Positions 51,097 to 64,000 of a DNA stretch of 64,000 bases are shown here, piece by piece; within the stretch, counting starts at the first letter, position 1, and every line of letters begins with the position of its first letter. The position numbers and the translations under genes are program-made. The stretch is taken from assembly GCA_010909165.1 (NCBI GenBank), contig MU008159.1:1550001-1614000 (forward strand). The letters run 5' to 3'. Origin of the DNA: Anthoceros angustus. Taxonomy: Eukaryota; Plantae; Anthocerotophyta. Under the pieces are notes generated by a model. That model ran no database searches, had not been told where the DNA came from, and saw only the letters and a program-made list of their open reading frames with translations.

Positions 51097-53502
51097 TCAA
51101 GCTGTCCGGGCATCCGGAACGTCTGTTGGGTGTCCGATGATCTTACCGCCAACATCTGGAAAAGTGTCGTGGCCGGGCAGCGGGTTGACAGATCCGTCAT
51201 CTTCCACCTGGAGTGGATATGTTAATAGATGACCTTTCATGTCCGTCACCTTGTCACTTGCGTACACGGCCCAATTATCATCACCTATCCTTTTCATCCT
51301 TTGTGCGCATTCTAGTGAGTCAGGATTGGAGAAGCAGGATTCTACCGTTCCCGTGTGCTCTGCCCAAAGCGACAGTCGGTATCCATAAACTTCGCCTTTA
51401 GGATAATCTCCCTTCTTTCCCCAAGTGTAGGAGGGTTGGTATGCACCAATGGCAATCTCCGTATCGCGGTCTCCAGCCATGGATCGTTGGTTTATGTTGG
51501 CTGAACCCAGTATCACAAATTCATCGTCAACAATCATACCTTTGGAGTGGACGAATATAATGAACCGCCTAGACTTTTGCACAGCTATCTGGGTGGAATT
51601 GGTGGGTGGTATACACGGGCGAGGGTCAGATGCAGACACGGTCTCACGAGTTCCCAGACAGAAGAACAGCAGGTAATCCTGAGGCTTGGCCTTTCCACGC
51701 AATTTTTTTGTCTGCAGAGCTTTAGCAATTATGGTGTACATCATCTTCATAGTCTGAGATTGGAAGAAGAGAATCTCCTGGACAATGGTGCTGGATGCGT
51801 GTCCCTCCGGAAACATGGGTATCACCACGTACACCATAAACCTCTCACCAGCTTTGATTTTGCCAGCTATCTTCAGCGCCAGTTCCATGGGAATCAGGTG
51901 ATCTGCTTTAGCTTTCCTGTAGTCTGGCCAGTTGTAGGAAGACCCAATGAAGTATTGGTTCTCAATGTAGATGAAACGTTGAGCACGCCGAATAGCCTCC
52001 ACATAAGCTAAATGGACGCTATGATCTATTCTGGAAGTCCCCCGACAAACGAGATGCTGCCTTTCTACTTCTTGAAGGTCACCAGGGAAACATGCGCAAG
52101 ATCCAGAGTCGATAGATCTGAAAATCTGGGCGTGCCATGTTTCAGGATTATAGTCGGGAACAATATAGAGCTTCGTGTCGCCAATAACTGGAGAAGCCTT
52201 AGCAGTCAAGCCCCACCGCTGCTCAAAATTGGTCAAAACATCATATGCTGCAGGGCCTTCAAGTTTACAATGCAGATCGTGCCAAGGCTCTCTCGGACCT
52301 CCATCATCTTCCACACAGGAAAACATAGCTTGGTGATAGTCCCCTCTGTGCACGTTGTCCATGGTTCTGAACAGACTGTGCTGTGGCGTGTCAAAACGTC
52401 CTCCACACAAGTCCAGGCCGCCCAGGAATGCAACCAATTGGTGTGTATCAGAGTTGGGTACCACGGCATCCACCAGCACAAAGTTCTGGTGGTGTGTGTA
52501 CATGCCTGCCACCACCTTCTGTCGAAACCAGCCAATGCTAGTGTCTGCGGAACGAGTAGATAAACGGCATGACACATTCGTGCTCTTAAAGAAGTTCATG
52601 GTTTCTTCTCCATGTGTGGCCGTCACTCCTCCCCCTGTCACATTCTTGCTGTCGTTCGAGGCTGTGTCGCGCCAAACTAACAATTGCACCCGGACTCCTT
52701 CTTGACTTTTCTGTATCAAAAGCTCTCCTAGGGACATCTTCTCTCCAGCAGGAATGCTTGGGGAAGGTCGAGTCAACTTTAACTCGTGCCACGTGGACCA
52801 GCCAGCGATGTAAATCAGATTCTTTGCCTTCAATAATGCATTGCTGATTTCTTCCCAACATCTTCCATGCTCGAAGTTTTCCCCACGTTCAAGCGGAATG
52901 TCAGGCAACCCAGGCTCGACATGTGCATCCTGAAATAATCTCAGTCGGCAACCTTTTCTAAGAGGGAAGTATACCCTGTGTATACCGTGGTACTCTGGAC
53001 CTCCGCCAAGACCTTTAGCAGATGGGATAGCAAGGAGATGGACAGACAGTTTAAGCTGCGCATCGTCAAGCAAATGTCGTCCTCCTGGCCCAAGAATGTC
53101 AAACCAGCCCTCCATCTTCCTGCCTAGTGATACATCCTTAGCAGAAATATTCACACGTCCAATTGCTCCAGCTCCCATAGAGATATCATCGCCTACTTTG
53201 AAAATCAGTTCCTCGGCACGGTGGGCAACAGGTATATAAAAGTGCTCATGCCACACCGGATACTGTTCATTACTCTTGACCTGAGTCCTTGCAAGGTTTG
53301 CACCGGCAAGTGTGACTGAAACATAAACATCACTAGAGCGATACCCTGTTGACTTTGGTAAACAACTGCGACAGACATCGAGGCACTGCCTGCACCTTCC
53401 AGCTAGCTCATCCACATCTGGAAGACACTTTGCCTCAAGCACCCATACATCCAGTGTTCCATGCAGGAGCACGGAGTCTTTTTGGTTGAGTATAGCTGCC
53501 AT
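51097..53502 (-). CDS. C2-type phospholipase D, intronless, first HKD motif degenerate
   Basis: N-terminal C2 domain, GGPREPWHDLH, IYIENQYFIGS, HSKGMIVDD, GSANINQRS; first motif reads HHQNFVLVD. Confidence 0.93.
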   Translation of the reverse strand: MAAILNQKDSVLLHGTLDVWVLEAKCLPDVDELAGRCRQCLDVCRSCLPKSTGYRSSDVYVSVTLAGANLARTQVKSNEQYPVWHEHFYIPVAHRAEELIFKVGDDISMGAGAIGRVNISAKDVSLGRKMEGWFDILGPGGRHLLDDAQLKLSVHLLAIPSAKGLGGGPEYHGIHRVYFPLRKGCRLRLFQDAHVEPGLPDIPLERGENFEHGRCWEEISNALLKAKNLIYIAGWSTWHELKLTRPSPSIPAGEKMSLGELLIQKSQEGVRVQLLVWRDTASNDSKNVTGGGVTATHGEETMNFFKSTNVSCRLSTRSADTSIGWFRQKVVAGMYTHHQNFVLVDAVVPNSDTHQLVAFLGGLDLCGGRFDTPQHSLFRTMDNVHRGDYHQAMFSCVEDDGGPREPWHDLHCKLEGPAAYDVLTNFEQRWGLTAKASPVIGDTKLYIVPDYNPETWHAQIFRSIDSGSCACFPGDLQEVERQHLVCRGTSRIDHSVHLAYVEAIRRAQRFIYIENQYFIGSSYNWPDYRKAKADHLIPMELALKIAGKIKAGERFMVYVVIPMFPEGHASSTIVQEILFFQSQTMKMMYTIIAKALQTKKLRGKAKPQDYLLFFCLGTRETVSASDPRPCIPPTNSTQIAVQKSRRFIIFVHSKGMIVDDEFVILGSANINQRSMAGDRDTEIAIGAYQPSYTWGKKGDYPKGEVYGYRLSLWAEHTGTVESCFSNPDSLECAQRMKRIGDDNWAVYASDKVTDMKGHLLTYPLQVEDDGSVNPLPGHDTFPDVGGKIIGHPTDVPDARTA

Positions 53503-53920
53503 TTCAAGGACTACGGCTCCTGTACCATGCGAGCAGAAGTTGCAGCTCAAGGATTACATTTTTGTCCTCAAGCCGCCGGCAAAGATCTGGCTATCTTTCA
53601 AGTGCGAGAAACAAAAAACCAAACCAGAAGTTGAACAGGCCAGGAAAAAAGGTCAGAGAAGGGGACACCCTATGAGAAGCCAGATGGTTTGCAAAGAATG
53701 ATCAGAGACGACGCCTAAGGACAAAAGAAGCTGAAATACTTCCAATAGTCATATCCAGTTTCAGGGAAATGTTTTCCTCAGGTTAGACATCAGTGATCAG
53801 ATGGAACAAAACTTGGAGCAGAGTGCTCTAGCAAAGTCTAAAACCTTTAAGGTTGCCAGCCCGCCCATGATCCATCTACCAATCTTGTTAAAAGAAATTA
53901 CCAATTCAAGTCGAGAAAAG

Positions 53921-54644
53921 TCACTTAGGATTCCTCAGCACAATTATGACAGAGTCACCGCGGAGGAACATCTTGCTTATGAACCTGTCTTTGTTTACAG
54001 GCTGTGCCTTCTTCTTACCTTTACCTGTTTTGGGCACCTGCACCATGGGAAAGACAGCTCAGACACGCCACAACACAAACCACAAAGATCGGCTCCCAGT
54101 AATGTTAGAGTAGAACTTGCTCACTTCAGTCCACATCTCCCTGACATTCTCTAGCACCATATTGCAGTGTCTGTCAAAGGCCTTCACTCTCCCCAGCAAC
54201 TTTTTATTGTTCCGACAGTTGATCAGAACCTGCGTGTGACAAAGATACAGAGTCAGTGCCCTACAGAGCTACGAACCGGGGAACCATCATACTACGCACG
54301 TGCAAGATGCTCAACAAATGACCTGCAAAATTTTCCGTTTGACACCTTCCCACCTGGGTATTATTCTTCACACTCATCGTCAGCACGGAAAGGGGCCCCG
54401 TACTGAATTCCTGCTCCTCGGTCTTCTCCTGAGAGCAAGATGCTAAAGAGCCTCAGGAAAACCCAGCAGACATGTCCAGAGAACAAGCTTTTTGAAAGAC
54501 AAAAGAATCGAATATACCGTCTCTTCCTCCATAGGACGGGCGCCGCTGCACCACATGCCAAGACAGGGAAAGGTTAACAGGGCAGAGCGAAAACAGCATA
54601 ACAGAATGCTGAATACGATTTTCGCGGCCTTACGTCGGAACCAT
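53921..54644 (-). CDS. SmD2: snRNP core protein Sm D2, 5 exons (first exon tentative)
   Basis: [19 protein letters not shown]|[35 protein letters not shown]|[38 protein letters not shown]; mostly absent from the ORF track. Confidence 0.93.
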
Positions 54645-55108
54645 CGCAACCCCACAACAGCACCGGCAGCACAAGTAAGGATAGAGCCCTGGCTTCCAGA
54701 AGAATGACAACTACAGCTACCAGCACCCAGGACGGCAACGCTGCCTCCTGTATTCAAGGCGCCCAGCGACGATGCGAAATTGCCCCTCTTGCCCGCGGCA
54801 AGTTCAAACGGCTGATACCGTGCGACGGCGGCAGAAACACCCGAAGGAGACGAGTTAGGGTGGACATTGAAACTAACTCCGGTTACAGCAGTCTTTTCGC
54901 CGTTCTCCCTGCAATCTCGCAATCCTCTGTGCCCCTGATCTGCTCGTAACCCTCTCAATGCAGAATTGAAGCCTCTTTCAATGGTCACTCAGATGTTGGC
55001 CTGTGTAGATTGCAGGCTGCTGCCTCTTGTCTTGTCTCTATCCTGGCCCAAAAGGGTTTGGGGAGGTGGGTGGTCATCAGGAGTCTGCAATTCAGAGATC
55101 GACGGAGT

Positions 55109-57400
55109 TCAAAAAATTCGCCTGCAGCAAAGGGATGTGACTGCTGGTTTGGGAGTGGCATTCAGGCGCTCCTCGCAAGGTGCCACCCTTTTGGACGATG
55201 TGTGTTCTGTATCATTCATCAGCCGAGGACGATCGACAACCGTTACTTTTACCGCGGACGGTATTTGAAATGTTGGTCCTCGCTGTTCCGTCAAAAGTTT
55301 GAGCTCGGGTTGCGAAAGCAGGCCCTCCTCCACCAGATGCAGCTCGTGAGCTGGGAGCAGACAGTAGTATGCTAAATTGGTGGGCTCAGTGGTAAAATCA
55401 GTAGAATTGGTGAACAAGTCAAGTCCGATGGCTACAGGGGTTTTCGCTTCTCTCTCGGGAAACCGAGGCAGGCTCAAACGCAGGAACATGCAACTGGGGC
55501 CCCTACTGATCGTCATTTTCAGTATGTTGTTGATCGAGATTGCCTTGGCTGGATCGATACTGCAGCAACAGTACGCATGGTTGAGATACCCTGCCCGTAA
55601 GCCGGTCAAAGGTCAGTGGTGTGCCCTCTGTATTGCCATCTGAAATCCATGCACAGAGTACGTATGAGAATGCATTGGCTCCTTACATTGTCCGTTCCAC
55701 GCATCTCGACCGTGAGTAACCGATTCTTGGTTCGTTTGTTCAGGTTTTGCCTCAACAGACTTCGAGTTAATGCGATATTCACTCATCTCTGCAGTAGTAG
55801 GCATTGGAGCCAATTGCGCTGCAGGACTGCAGCTCATGCTTACTTGGACCCCCGAGTCCTTAATCACGGACATTGCTGTCACGCTTCTCGACATCGCTTT
55901 CTCCTACAACGCTTTCGGGTAACTGTCTCTTTGAACCTCATGTTTTGTACTTGGCTTTGGCATAGGGTCTCGATGCAAATTATCCATGCTATCTAAATCC
56001 TATCAGATACGCTTGCCAAGAGCTGCACAACTTCGGTTCAAAGAAAGGCCAAAATAGACAGGACACAAGAATTGTAAGTTAATAAATCTTAATGCTATAG
56101 ACTAAGTATGAAAATCTATGTTTTTGCTTCAGCTGCACCTGTTTACGACATGCTTCTTGCCTTTCCAACTGCAGATAGTTCTGCAAGCGTTTGTGGTGAT
56201 AACCTCCATCCTAAAGCTGCAGAAGTTGCTGTTGGTGCACACTCCTCTTTTCGGAAAAATATATAGTTAACCTCAGTGCACATTTTTCTACGTTCCCTAA
56301 AAGTTGGGTTGTCCCTCAAGACTGATTATATGCAAAAGCTGTCGAACCCTAGCAGCACTGCCATGCATAGGCTTCAACACGACATGCTTGCTCGTAATCG
56401 AAGTACATAGTCTCACATGCCAAGGAGATGATTCACATATGAGGTCGTCGACAATCAGATTCCCGTTATACTACCAAATTTCACCCAGCGGTATAATAGA
56501 TTCTTCTTTTGATCCACGCAGTCCCTGCCGTCTCTTCTGAGCTGTGGCCATCATATTTCTGTTCTAATTACAAAAGCAGTCCTCTCCTGTATCATAGGAG
56601 CCAACGTATGAACACCACCTTGGTCAGATTTCCAACGGGAAGCTTGAGCCAACCGTGTCCAGGATTCTTACCTCCAACGATAAGAATATCGGCTGGCGCG
56701 TCCGACCAACCACGCGATTCGTAATGGCCAAGTCCATGCATCGGAAGTTGCTCATAGCGGCAGTCTGTACTCTTGTTTGCCTGCATATCATGTACTGATA
56801 GTTCAGAACATATGTGTACAAACTGTGAAAGCAGTAACCATCATACAAGCTGTAAATTGAACAATACAAACGGCGATACCCGAAATCCACGTAGGAAATG
56901 TATTGGCATCCCAAGGTCCCAGCGACCACCACAGGCTTGTACACCTGATAGTAACAAGTGGACCTTTGCTGCTGTATCTCGACGCTGCCGACCCTGAGGC
57001 CTGACACAATTATCACACTTCCCCGCACCGTACATCTCTCAGCTAGGGGCCTTTCTTTACATGAAAGAAGGGGACTCCAAAGAACGGTGGTGATAACTAT
57101 ATACCACAGCTGGAGTAGCTCACACAATCTTCGATCGTTCAGGATTGTGCTGCATAGATAGATAGCCTCCTTCACTGCTTGCTTTCGCTTGCCCTGCATT
57201 ACAAGAACAGCTTTGAATGTAGTGCAAGGGATACACAGTAACTTGAACGGAAAAAGATCAGATCCCTGCAAGACTGACCGTCTGACATCAAGCACCGGGG
57301 AACGATCCCCACGAGTGTAAAAGAGCAGACATGTTGGTGGCCGCTGGCAAGCAGTCTCTTCCACATCGACCACTCTCCTGATATGCAAGAGCAGCTGTTG
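55109..57400 (-). CDS. Probable multi-exon gene of unknown function; boundaries uncertain
   Basis: Several minus-strand ORF segments bounded by AG/GT, e.g. VYKPVVVAGTLGCQYISYVDFG|QTRVQTAAMSNFRCMDLAITNRVVGRTRQPIFLSLE. Confidence 0.35.
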
Positions 57401-57870
57401 CCAAGGTACCCGCGGAGAGAAAGCACCTACTAGCCCTCACATACTCTATAAAGTTCAGTATCTGCTCGCTGCATGAGAACGATCCTCAAAAGCTATGTTT
57501 GAATCGTATCGATTCTATCGAAGCCATGACCGAACGCCACCAGCCCAACCAGGGTCCCAGGGACGCAGGTTGGCACCATTGAATCCTACGAGGGCGTGGG
57601 GCATCGCATTCACCCATGCATCAAACTCCGGGTTGGCAAACGGCGAGTTGCCGAAACGGTGGCGACGGGAGAAACACAGGATTCACGTGCGGCCGGTCGC
57701 GGAGGCATACCTGTTCGTTCTTTTTTACTGCGCTCCAAAGTAGTAAATGAACTTTAAAACACTGTTCACCAATTTCTGTATGCGTAGGAAGTGAATAGTC
57801 TACTGAACAAGCTTTGAACTTTTCATGTTTGAACCGTAAATGTGTCTGCTGGGGAAGGTTGCACAAAGAT

Positions 57871-60800
57871 TCAGGATTCACCCGCCACTTTTATAAGACC
57901 CTGCACGAGCTGCTGAAGATCATCCGCTACAAGGCGTCCCAATTTCAGTTCCTCTACCAATAGCGTCTCCTGAGAATCTGCAAAGCCCCCAAACAAATAC
58001 ATGACTCCACAGCACAGGTCCGAAAATGTCTTCATTCCAGCATCTCCAAAACTCCGTTAGTCCAAAGGATCTACTGTACAAGATACCTGGGCAGCAATGG
58101 AAGAACTCGTGGACATGTCGGGCAGCTGTTTTCGCTAGGGATGCTTCAGGTGATGTGAGCTGGGCAAGGAGACCTTCGACAATCTTACAAGCGGTCTCCT
58201 TGCTGCATGAGAGACCGGAGACAAAGAGAGGATAACACTTCTGAGAAACAATTCTGAACAGTCCTTCACCAGGAGCATTTGACAAACAAACTTGAGTAGG
58301 ATTTCAAGACAGTCTAAGCTCAAAACGTGCCATGGGCACTTGTATGCAGGAAGGCTCACCTCGGACAATGTAAAAGTTGTCGCAGTAGAAGGCTGTACGC
58401 CCTGTCCCTAATGTTAGAGTCTGACACTTTCGTCAACTCCAGCAGTGGGTCCTCCAGGATGGGTAAAACTGTCGGCATCCTTGCAGATGCTTTCTCTAAG
58501 TCGCTCAGCACTGCAGTTAAATGCACGTCTTCCTCTTCCTCCTGATGACACAGCATACAGTCAGTTCTCACTGGGAAATGAACGTGTGGTATCATTATTC
58601 CACGAGGTTGCATAGTAGGAGAGGCAGCTTCCACACATTTCCCACAGAAACCCACCATGTACAACCCATGGACGTGCCGTGGTGAACAGTGGATGCCCTT
58701 TCCATGAATTCCAAGATCAGCATCTTTCCAGTCGGATGCCTGCCTTAAGCAGTGCAATAGTTGCCTTCGAACCTTCAAAACATCATCCACGGGCATGCCA
58801 GATGGCCCTGTGGCTGCACCCATATTCACGTGGTCTTGACTTGCAAGATCAGCAGGACTGCCAGTGGAGCTCACGTTCTCCAGAAGGGTAAGAAGATATC
58901 CAAGTTTCTTGATTTTCCCAAAGGTCTGTGCTGTTGCCTGAAGAACTGGTTTGTGATGAGCCAGGACATATTCTTTAATTTGTCCACCAGTGGCTACACA
59001 GTGACACAAAAAATCAGCAAATCGAGCAACAACCTTCGCAAACTGAGGTCGATCTTGTGTGTCAAGCTCCCGCAAAAGTTCAAAGTAGAGCGACAAGGTG
59101 CTCTCAAGTTGACCCATTCCCGGATTGGCATTAGATACTTGTCCTTGCTTATTCAACTCTAGTATGTAAGGCCGCAAGACATCCAGAAGCTCTATTCCCA
59201 TAGATAGAGCTCTTGCCATTGCCAGTCGAACCTGGACATCCCCCTGTTTTTTCAAGGGTACCAAATCCTGCAGTGATTTCCACCACTGCGACTGAGCACA
59301 TTCATAGAGAAGGTGCTCAAGCATAAAAGAGCTCAACCAGAAACTGCACAGGGTCTCCTTAATATCCAGAGATTACCTTCAGGTGCAAAGTCAGAGTTGG
59401 AAGGTGTGAGATCAACAAGGCTGGATGTTGCTGGGCAAATTGATGTAGGAAACCTGCAATAACGCAGCATTTACCAAGTTAATGCAGACATGAACTTCAG
59501 AAAGTTCAGCAGAGTACCAATTAAATCTGTTCTTACCATATGCCGCATTACAGTCCTTCTCATTATTGCTGCAGAGAAGAGTCAGTGAATTGCGCAGAAC
59601 CCGGCTCAAAGGTGAAACCTGATCAGGCCGGCAAGTAGTGCAGATTGAGTGTTTAGAGCTCCACATTGCTTTTAATTTCACCGAGCTAGCACATATGGAC
59701 TACACATGGGAGTAGTGGATTCTGACATGCTTAATGGGCGGCATTGAGTAGTCCATTGTTGGAGTGCAAACGCTCTTCCCACTGTTCTCCAGAACACCTG
59801 AGACTGAGATAGGAAATGTGCTATAAAGAGCCCACAGAATATGGTTCCTAGACTCTTTCACTGCTGCCTCGACTGAATCCCGACCCCTGAATTGTAATTT
59901 CAACAGTGAGATCATCTGCACATCGCTATCAGAATTTGTCCTGAAACAGCAGAAAGTTATTGCATTAGGGGGTAAGGAAAGGAGAACAAGACTAGGTACT
60001 TCAAGCACATTGGTCTAAGAACTCCATAATGAGATTATGTGAGCAACAGGGCGAGAGCTTACAAGTTCGCAAGGACTTCGGTAATCAGGTGGGGGCCTTC
60101 ACTTGCTGTTAACATGATCAATCTTAATGCCTGTGAAAGCCGGGAAAGCCAGCTGTGATCTCTACCAACAGCCTGCCGTCCATCTTGTACTAACAGCCTT
60201 ACCACAGCAGATTCCACAACCCCCATATGTAAAAGCACACCCGCTGCAGCAGGATTGAGAAAACATGTCACCAATGTCGATCCATTGTCCTGTGAGCAAG
60301 TCACGCACAAGATCAGCTCGTGAAATTCAACATGAAACTGTTACATGCTCCCTGACTTAAGCTCTCTCGACCATCAAGCTTATCTGCTTAAAAAGTCATG
60401 TCAGTCTTCTCGAATGATGGGATCGCATGCACAAACACAAAACAGACCTTCAAATCACTCACCTGAAGATCAGAATCTCCATTGAAACGACAAGCTATCT
60501 GAGCACGAGGGTGTTGCACACAACCACAAAGAAACTCCAGAAATCTTCTGGCCTCCCCAAGGACTGTGCAAGCTACAGCTGCCTTTGCAGCAGTACTTGG
60601 TTGGCCTTCTGCTCCACATGGTTGCCCCTGGAATTTCAAAATTCCAACAATAATGCTGGTAATCATGGTCCAGGAACTCCTATGCAACATATGCTCCAGA
60701 GCTATATCAACAGGTGACGGAGCATGAGACGACATGCTGATGTCAGAGATATGGCCTCCTAGTAACCCCTGCAAGTCTTCAAATGGAAGCTCTGACCTCA

Positions 60801-63800
60801 AAAATACAAGCAATTCCACAACAAGGGCTATGCGACCAGCCAACTCGACCTGCTTCTTTCGAACAGGAAATGCATTAGGGATTTCTGAACGCCTTGCTAC
60901 AGGGCTTTCAAGCCAGTTGCTAACTAGAATTCCAAGCTCCTCTGTGATTGAGAAGCCTTTACTCTGTCCATTTTTACATCCATCGCAATTGTGTTCCACA
61001 GATTGTGACTTTCTATTCTCGCACCTAGAGGTGCCAGAAGAGATCACCAGGCTCAGATATGCAAGAAGTTCAGCCTCCAGCTCGTGGACAGATCCATCCT
61101 TTAGCCAAGTGGGAAATTTTGTACAGTGACTACAGGCCTGTAGACCTGCCTGCATCTCTGTGAAGGGTCGCCTGGCAACAGACAAGACAGTGGTTGATTT
61201 TCTTCTCCCAGTAACTTTGGAAGTGACATCTTCAAGTTCATCCAGTATTGAAATAACCCTGCCAGAGATGCTTGAGAGGCCCAAATTATCACGTTCATGG
61301 GCATCTCCAAGTCTCTCGTTCCAGCTCCGGAGTAAAGACAGAACTGCTAAGAAACATGGTCCACCACTGAATTGACCTGGAGGACATGTACCACAATCTA
61401 TAGAAGCTGACACAATAGCATGTCTGCGGCGTGATAACAATAATAATACAGCGAGAACTGAAGGAACAACACTCATTGGAAGAATCCCTTTGTTCTGAAT
61501 TCCAGTCACAGAGCATTCTATGGACTCCAGACATCTCTTAAAGCCATCGTTCTGTCTGTGAAGCAAAGCCTTCCCCAGGCCTTTCCTTAAACGCAGGTAT
61601 TTAGAACCCACTGTTCTTCCGTCACTTGCATCACGTTCAGGAAGGTCACGTCCTCCTGTAATATTGTCTTGACTGTTGAAAACGTATGTAGCATCCAAGA
61701 TCAGCTGCTCAATAAACACATTGTCATCTTGAATGCCCTGATACACCTCTGAAGTCCCAACCTCAGAAGAATTTCCACCTTTATCACTTTTTGCTTCCAC
61801 ACAGACTTCACTCGAAACACATTTTTCATCTTGAACACAAGATGAGCTAAATTTCTGCAATTTTCTGCCAAGGAGTGAAACACACATGAGTCCTGTTTGC
61901 TGAATTATAAGGTTGTGTGGAAAAGAGATAGATAGACGACCTACTTCAAAAAGTCCACGCCACCTTTACTGCCAGATTTCTGAAGCAATATCACAGAACC
62001 GTAGATTTTCTTAGACTTCTCACTTGTGACGCCCTTAGACCGAAATGCAGCCATTAGCCTGTAGTGGCGAGACATGGAAGTATTAGCACTGGTACTGCCA
62101 TGCCTCGTGTACTCAAGTGAGATTGCATCGACATCTCAGAAAAAGAGCACCTGACATCGGAAACCCCATCAAGTTCCTGCAGCAAAGCAGATCCAGCGCT
62201 GACAGATAGCCCAAGCCCCTTCAGAACATCCAGCTTTGTATTAATCAACAGAGCTGATAAACCTGTAGACAATGCATTCATGTGAATCAGCTAGGGGCAT
62301 AAATTTGAACAGCAGGCAGAGAGGATACGTTAAAGCACGGAAGCTGTAGGGACCATCAGACTGCTGTGATATACCTGCTCTACTGACTCTGATATCTTTG
62401 CTTCTGACGAAGCCTACAGCTTGCATCTCTGACAAGAGGGAAAACCTCTTTCCACCTCCGATCTCAAGCCACGCCATCGAAGAATCCTCCGTCCATGTGG
62501 ATGTTGGGGGGTTGGAGTCCATGAACCCAGGGATTAAAAGCTCCAGATATTGACCATACAATGCTCCCCACACATTCTCTCCATCAACATTTGCAAGCAA
62601 TGAAAGCAACTGTATGCCTGCATCCACTACCATCTTGTGCAGTTCCACTCGCAGAACATCTTTGTGGCTCTTTGGTGAAACCAGTGTTACCAGTGGAGTT
62701 GTGCTTGCTGAGATAAGGCTCCAACCCAAATCCGCAGCAGTCCCACCATGCAAGGCAGTAAGGACTGTTTCCAGTATAAATTCAACCGTAGCATTATATT
62801 TTAAAGGGCCGGGTACAGCCTGACTATCTTCGTAGTCTGAACACAAGCAAGTGGCCAATAATCTCCGCTGAACCACCAGGACAGATACACAACAAGTTAA
62901 GGACATGCATGGCGGCAAGCATGCTGAATGCTTCTGCAAAAAGTTCAGGTAGGCTATCATCTGCAACAAAAAAGGAAACAGAAAAGTGTTCAGTATCCAA
63001 GGCAACCCAGGCTGCTATTATTTAATCGTGGTGTAAAATTGAACTCAGGCAATAAGAAGTCATACCACTTGCACTGAGCTCTCTGTCTGGAATGCCAGCT
63101 GTAAGGAAGGCGCCAATGCTGCAACCAAACTAGCCTTTGTGGGGACCTCACTTATGGACTGGAGCCAGTCACAGCTATCCCGACCACTTGATCCACATGC
63201 AACCCCAGCATCTGACAACCCATCTACACAGACATGCTCTAAACTTGGTTCAGAAAGAACCTCAGCGAATAGAAGTGTAAAACACCTCCGTGCGCAAGAA
63301 CGGGCAAGACTACTTCTGGAAGCCAGCTTTTTGGCGAGGAACCCCACTATCATTTTGACATCACTGTCACCCAGTTGACTGTCTGCTGTTAAGATCTTAT
63401 GAAGGTTGGAAATAACTCCAGATACATCAACCAGATGTGTTTCACAGGTGACTGGTGATCCCTCGTGCATGTACAGTAGCTCACACTGTATAGGCCAACA
63501 GAAAAAAGTTAGTTAGTGAATCCACTCAAGACCACTGAGAGCAAGCTCAACGGAAATTACAATGCAGGAAAGTCCCTACCTGCCACAAACAAGGTAGAGC
63601 TGTCATCGCATCTGGATCCGAGAGTAATATTTTCTCCAGCCAAGGCCAAGCTTGTCGCAATGTCTGCAGTTAAGATTTTAAGTCACCTGTGTGTTTCCAT
63701 TTTAGCACCTGAAGGACTCAGCATCAAACCTACTTTCAAAACTTAGCAGGCATCACTGGTGGGATAGTGACACCCTGGAAGACATCTTAAAAAGCCAAAG

Positions 63801-64000
63801 AGTTCACCACCAATCCATCACCTCACGACGAATTTTTAATGCACAGTGAAACCAGATACTTGTCCACACCTGGCAGCTTGTAACATGTCCAAAGAAATTG
63901 GGGCTTCTGCACTTCCGCAGCATGCGACCCAGCTGATACATGTCATTAATGTGATCCACCTGCTGAAGTACAGAGGTAGGGGGTTGTCTGGTTGGCCCTT
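57871..64000 (-). CDS. INTS1: 3' part of an Integrator complex subunit 1-like protein; continues beyond the window
   Basis: LGRMLRKCRSPNF, FLAKKLASRSSLARSCARRCF, LQLAFQTES, VLSDLEKASARMPTVLPILEDPLLEL...RDRAYSLLLR...CP...AARHVHEF occur in the same order as recalled animal INTS1 blocks. Confidence 0.75.

Overview
Gene-dense plant nuclear DNA with short introns, most likely a hornwort (inferred from a DYW:KP/GRP-type editing factor and the compact gene layout). About 2-24 kb is a transposon island. It holds a CRE-like RLE non-LTR retrotransposon split by a solo LTR, an orphan RING-H2 ORF and, as the main finding, an 8.2-kb Sola1-like DNA transposon (11773-20005; TIRs AACAG...CTGTT, ATTT target-site duplication). 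Besides a transposase with a C-terminal Tudor/SH3-like domain, this element carries a divergent cargo gene with a ParB-like domain and a beta-class N6-adenine/N4-cytosine DNA methyltransferase domain. The rest of the window is host genes: CID7-like PAM2 protein, BOLA4, glyoxalase I, a very long PLS-PPR with an N-terminal OSB-type PDF motif and a U-to-C-type DYW:KP (GRP) domain, two tandem TPK K+ channels, MSRA5, organellar HisRS, intronless TIM21, a 5'-nucleotidase, an intronless PLD with a degenerate first HKD motif, SmD2, an unidentified gene and the 3' part of an INTS1-like gene. Frameshifts cluster in repetitive DNA and may be long-read assembly errors. All family assignments come from motif recognition by eye; no database searches were run.
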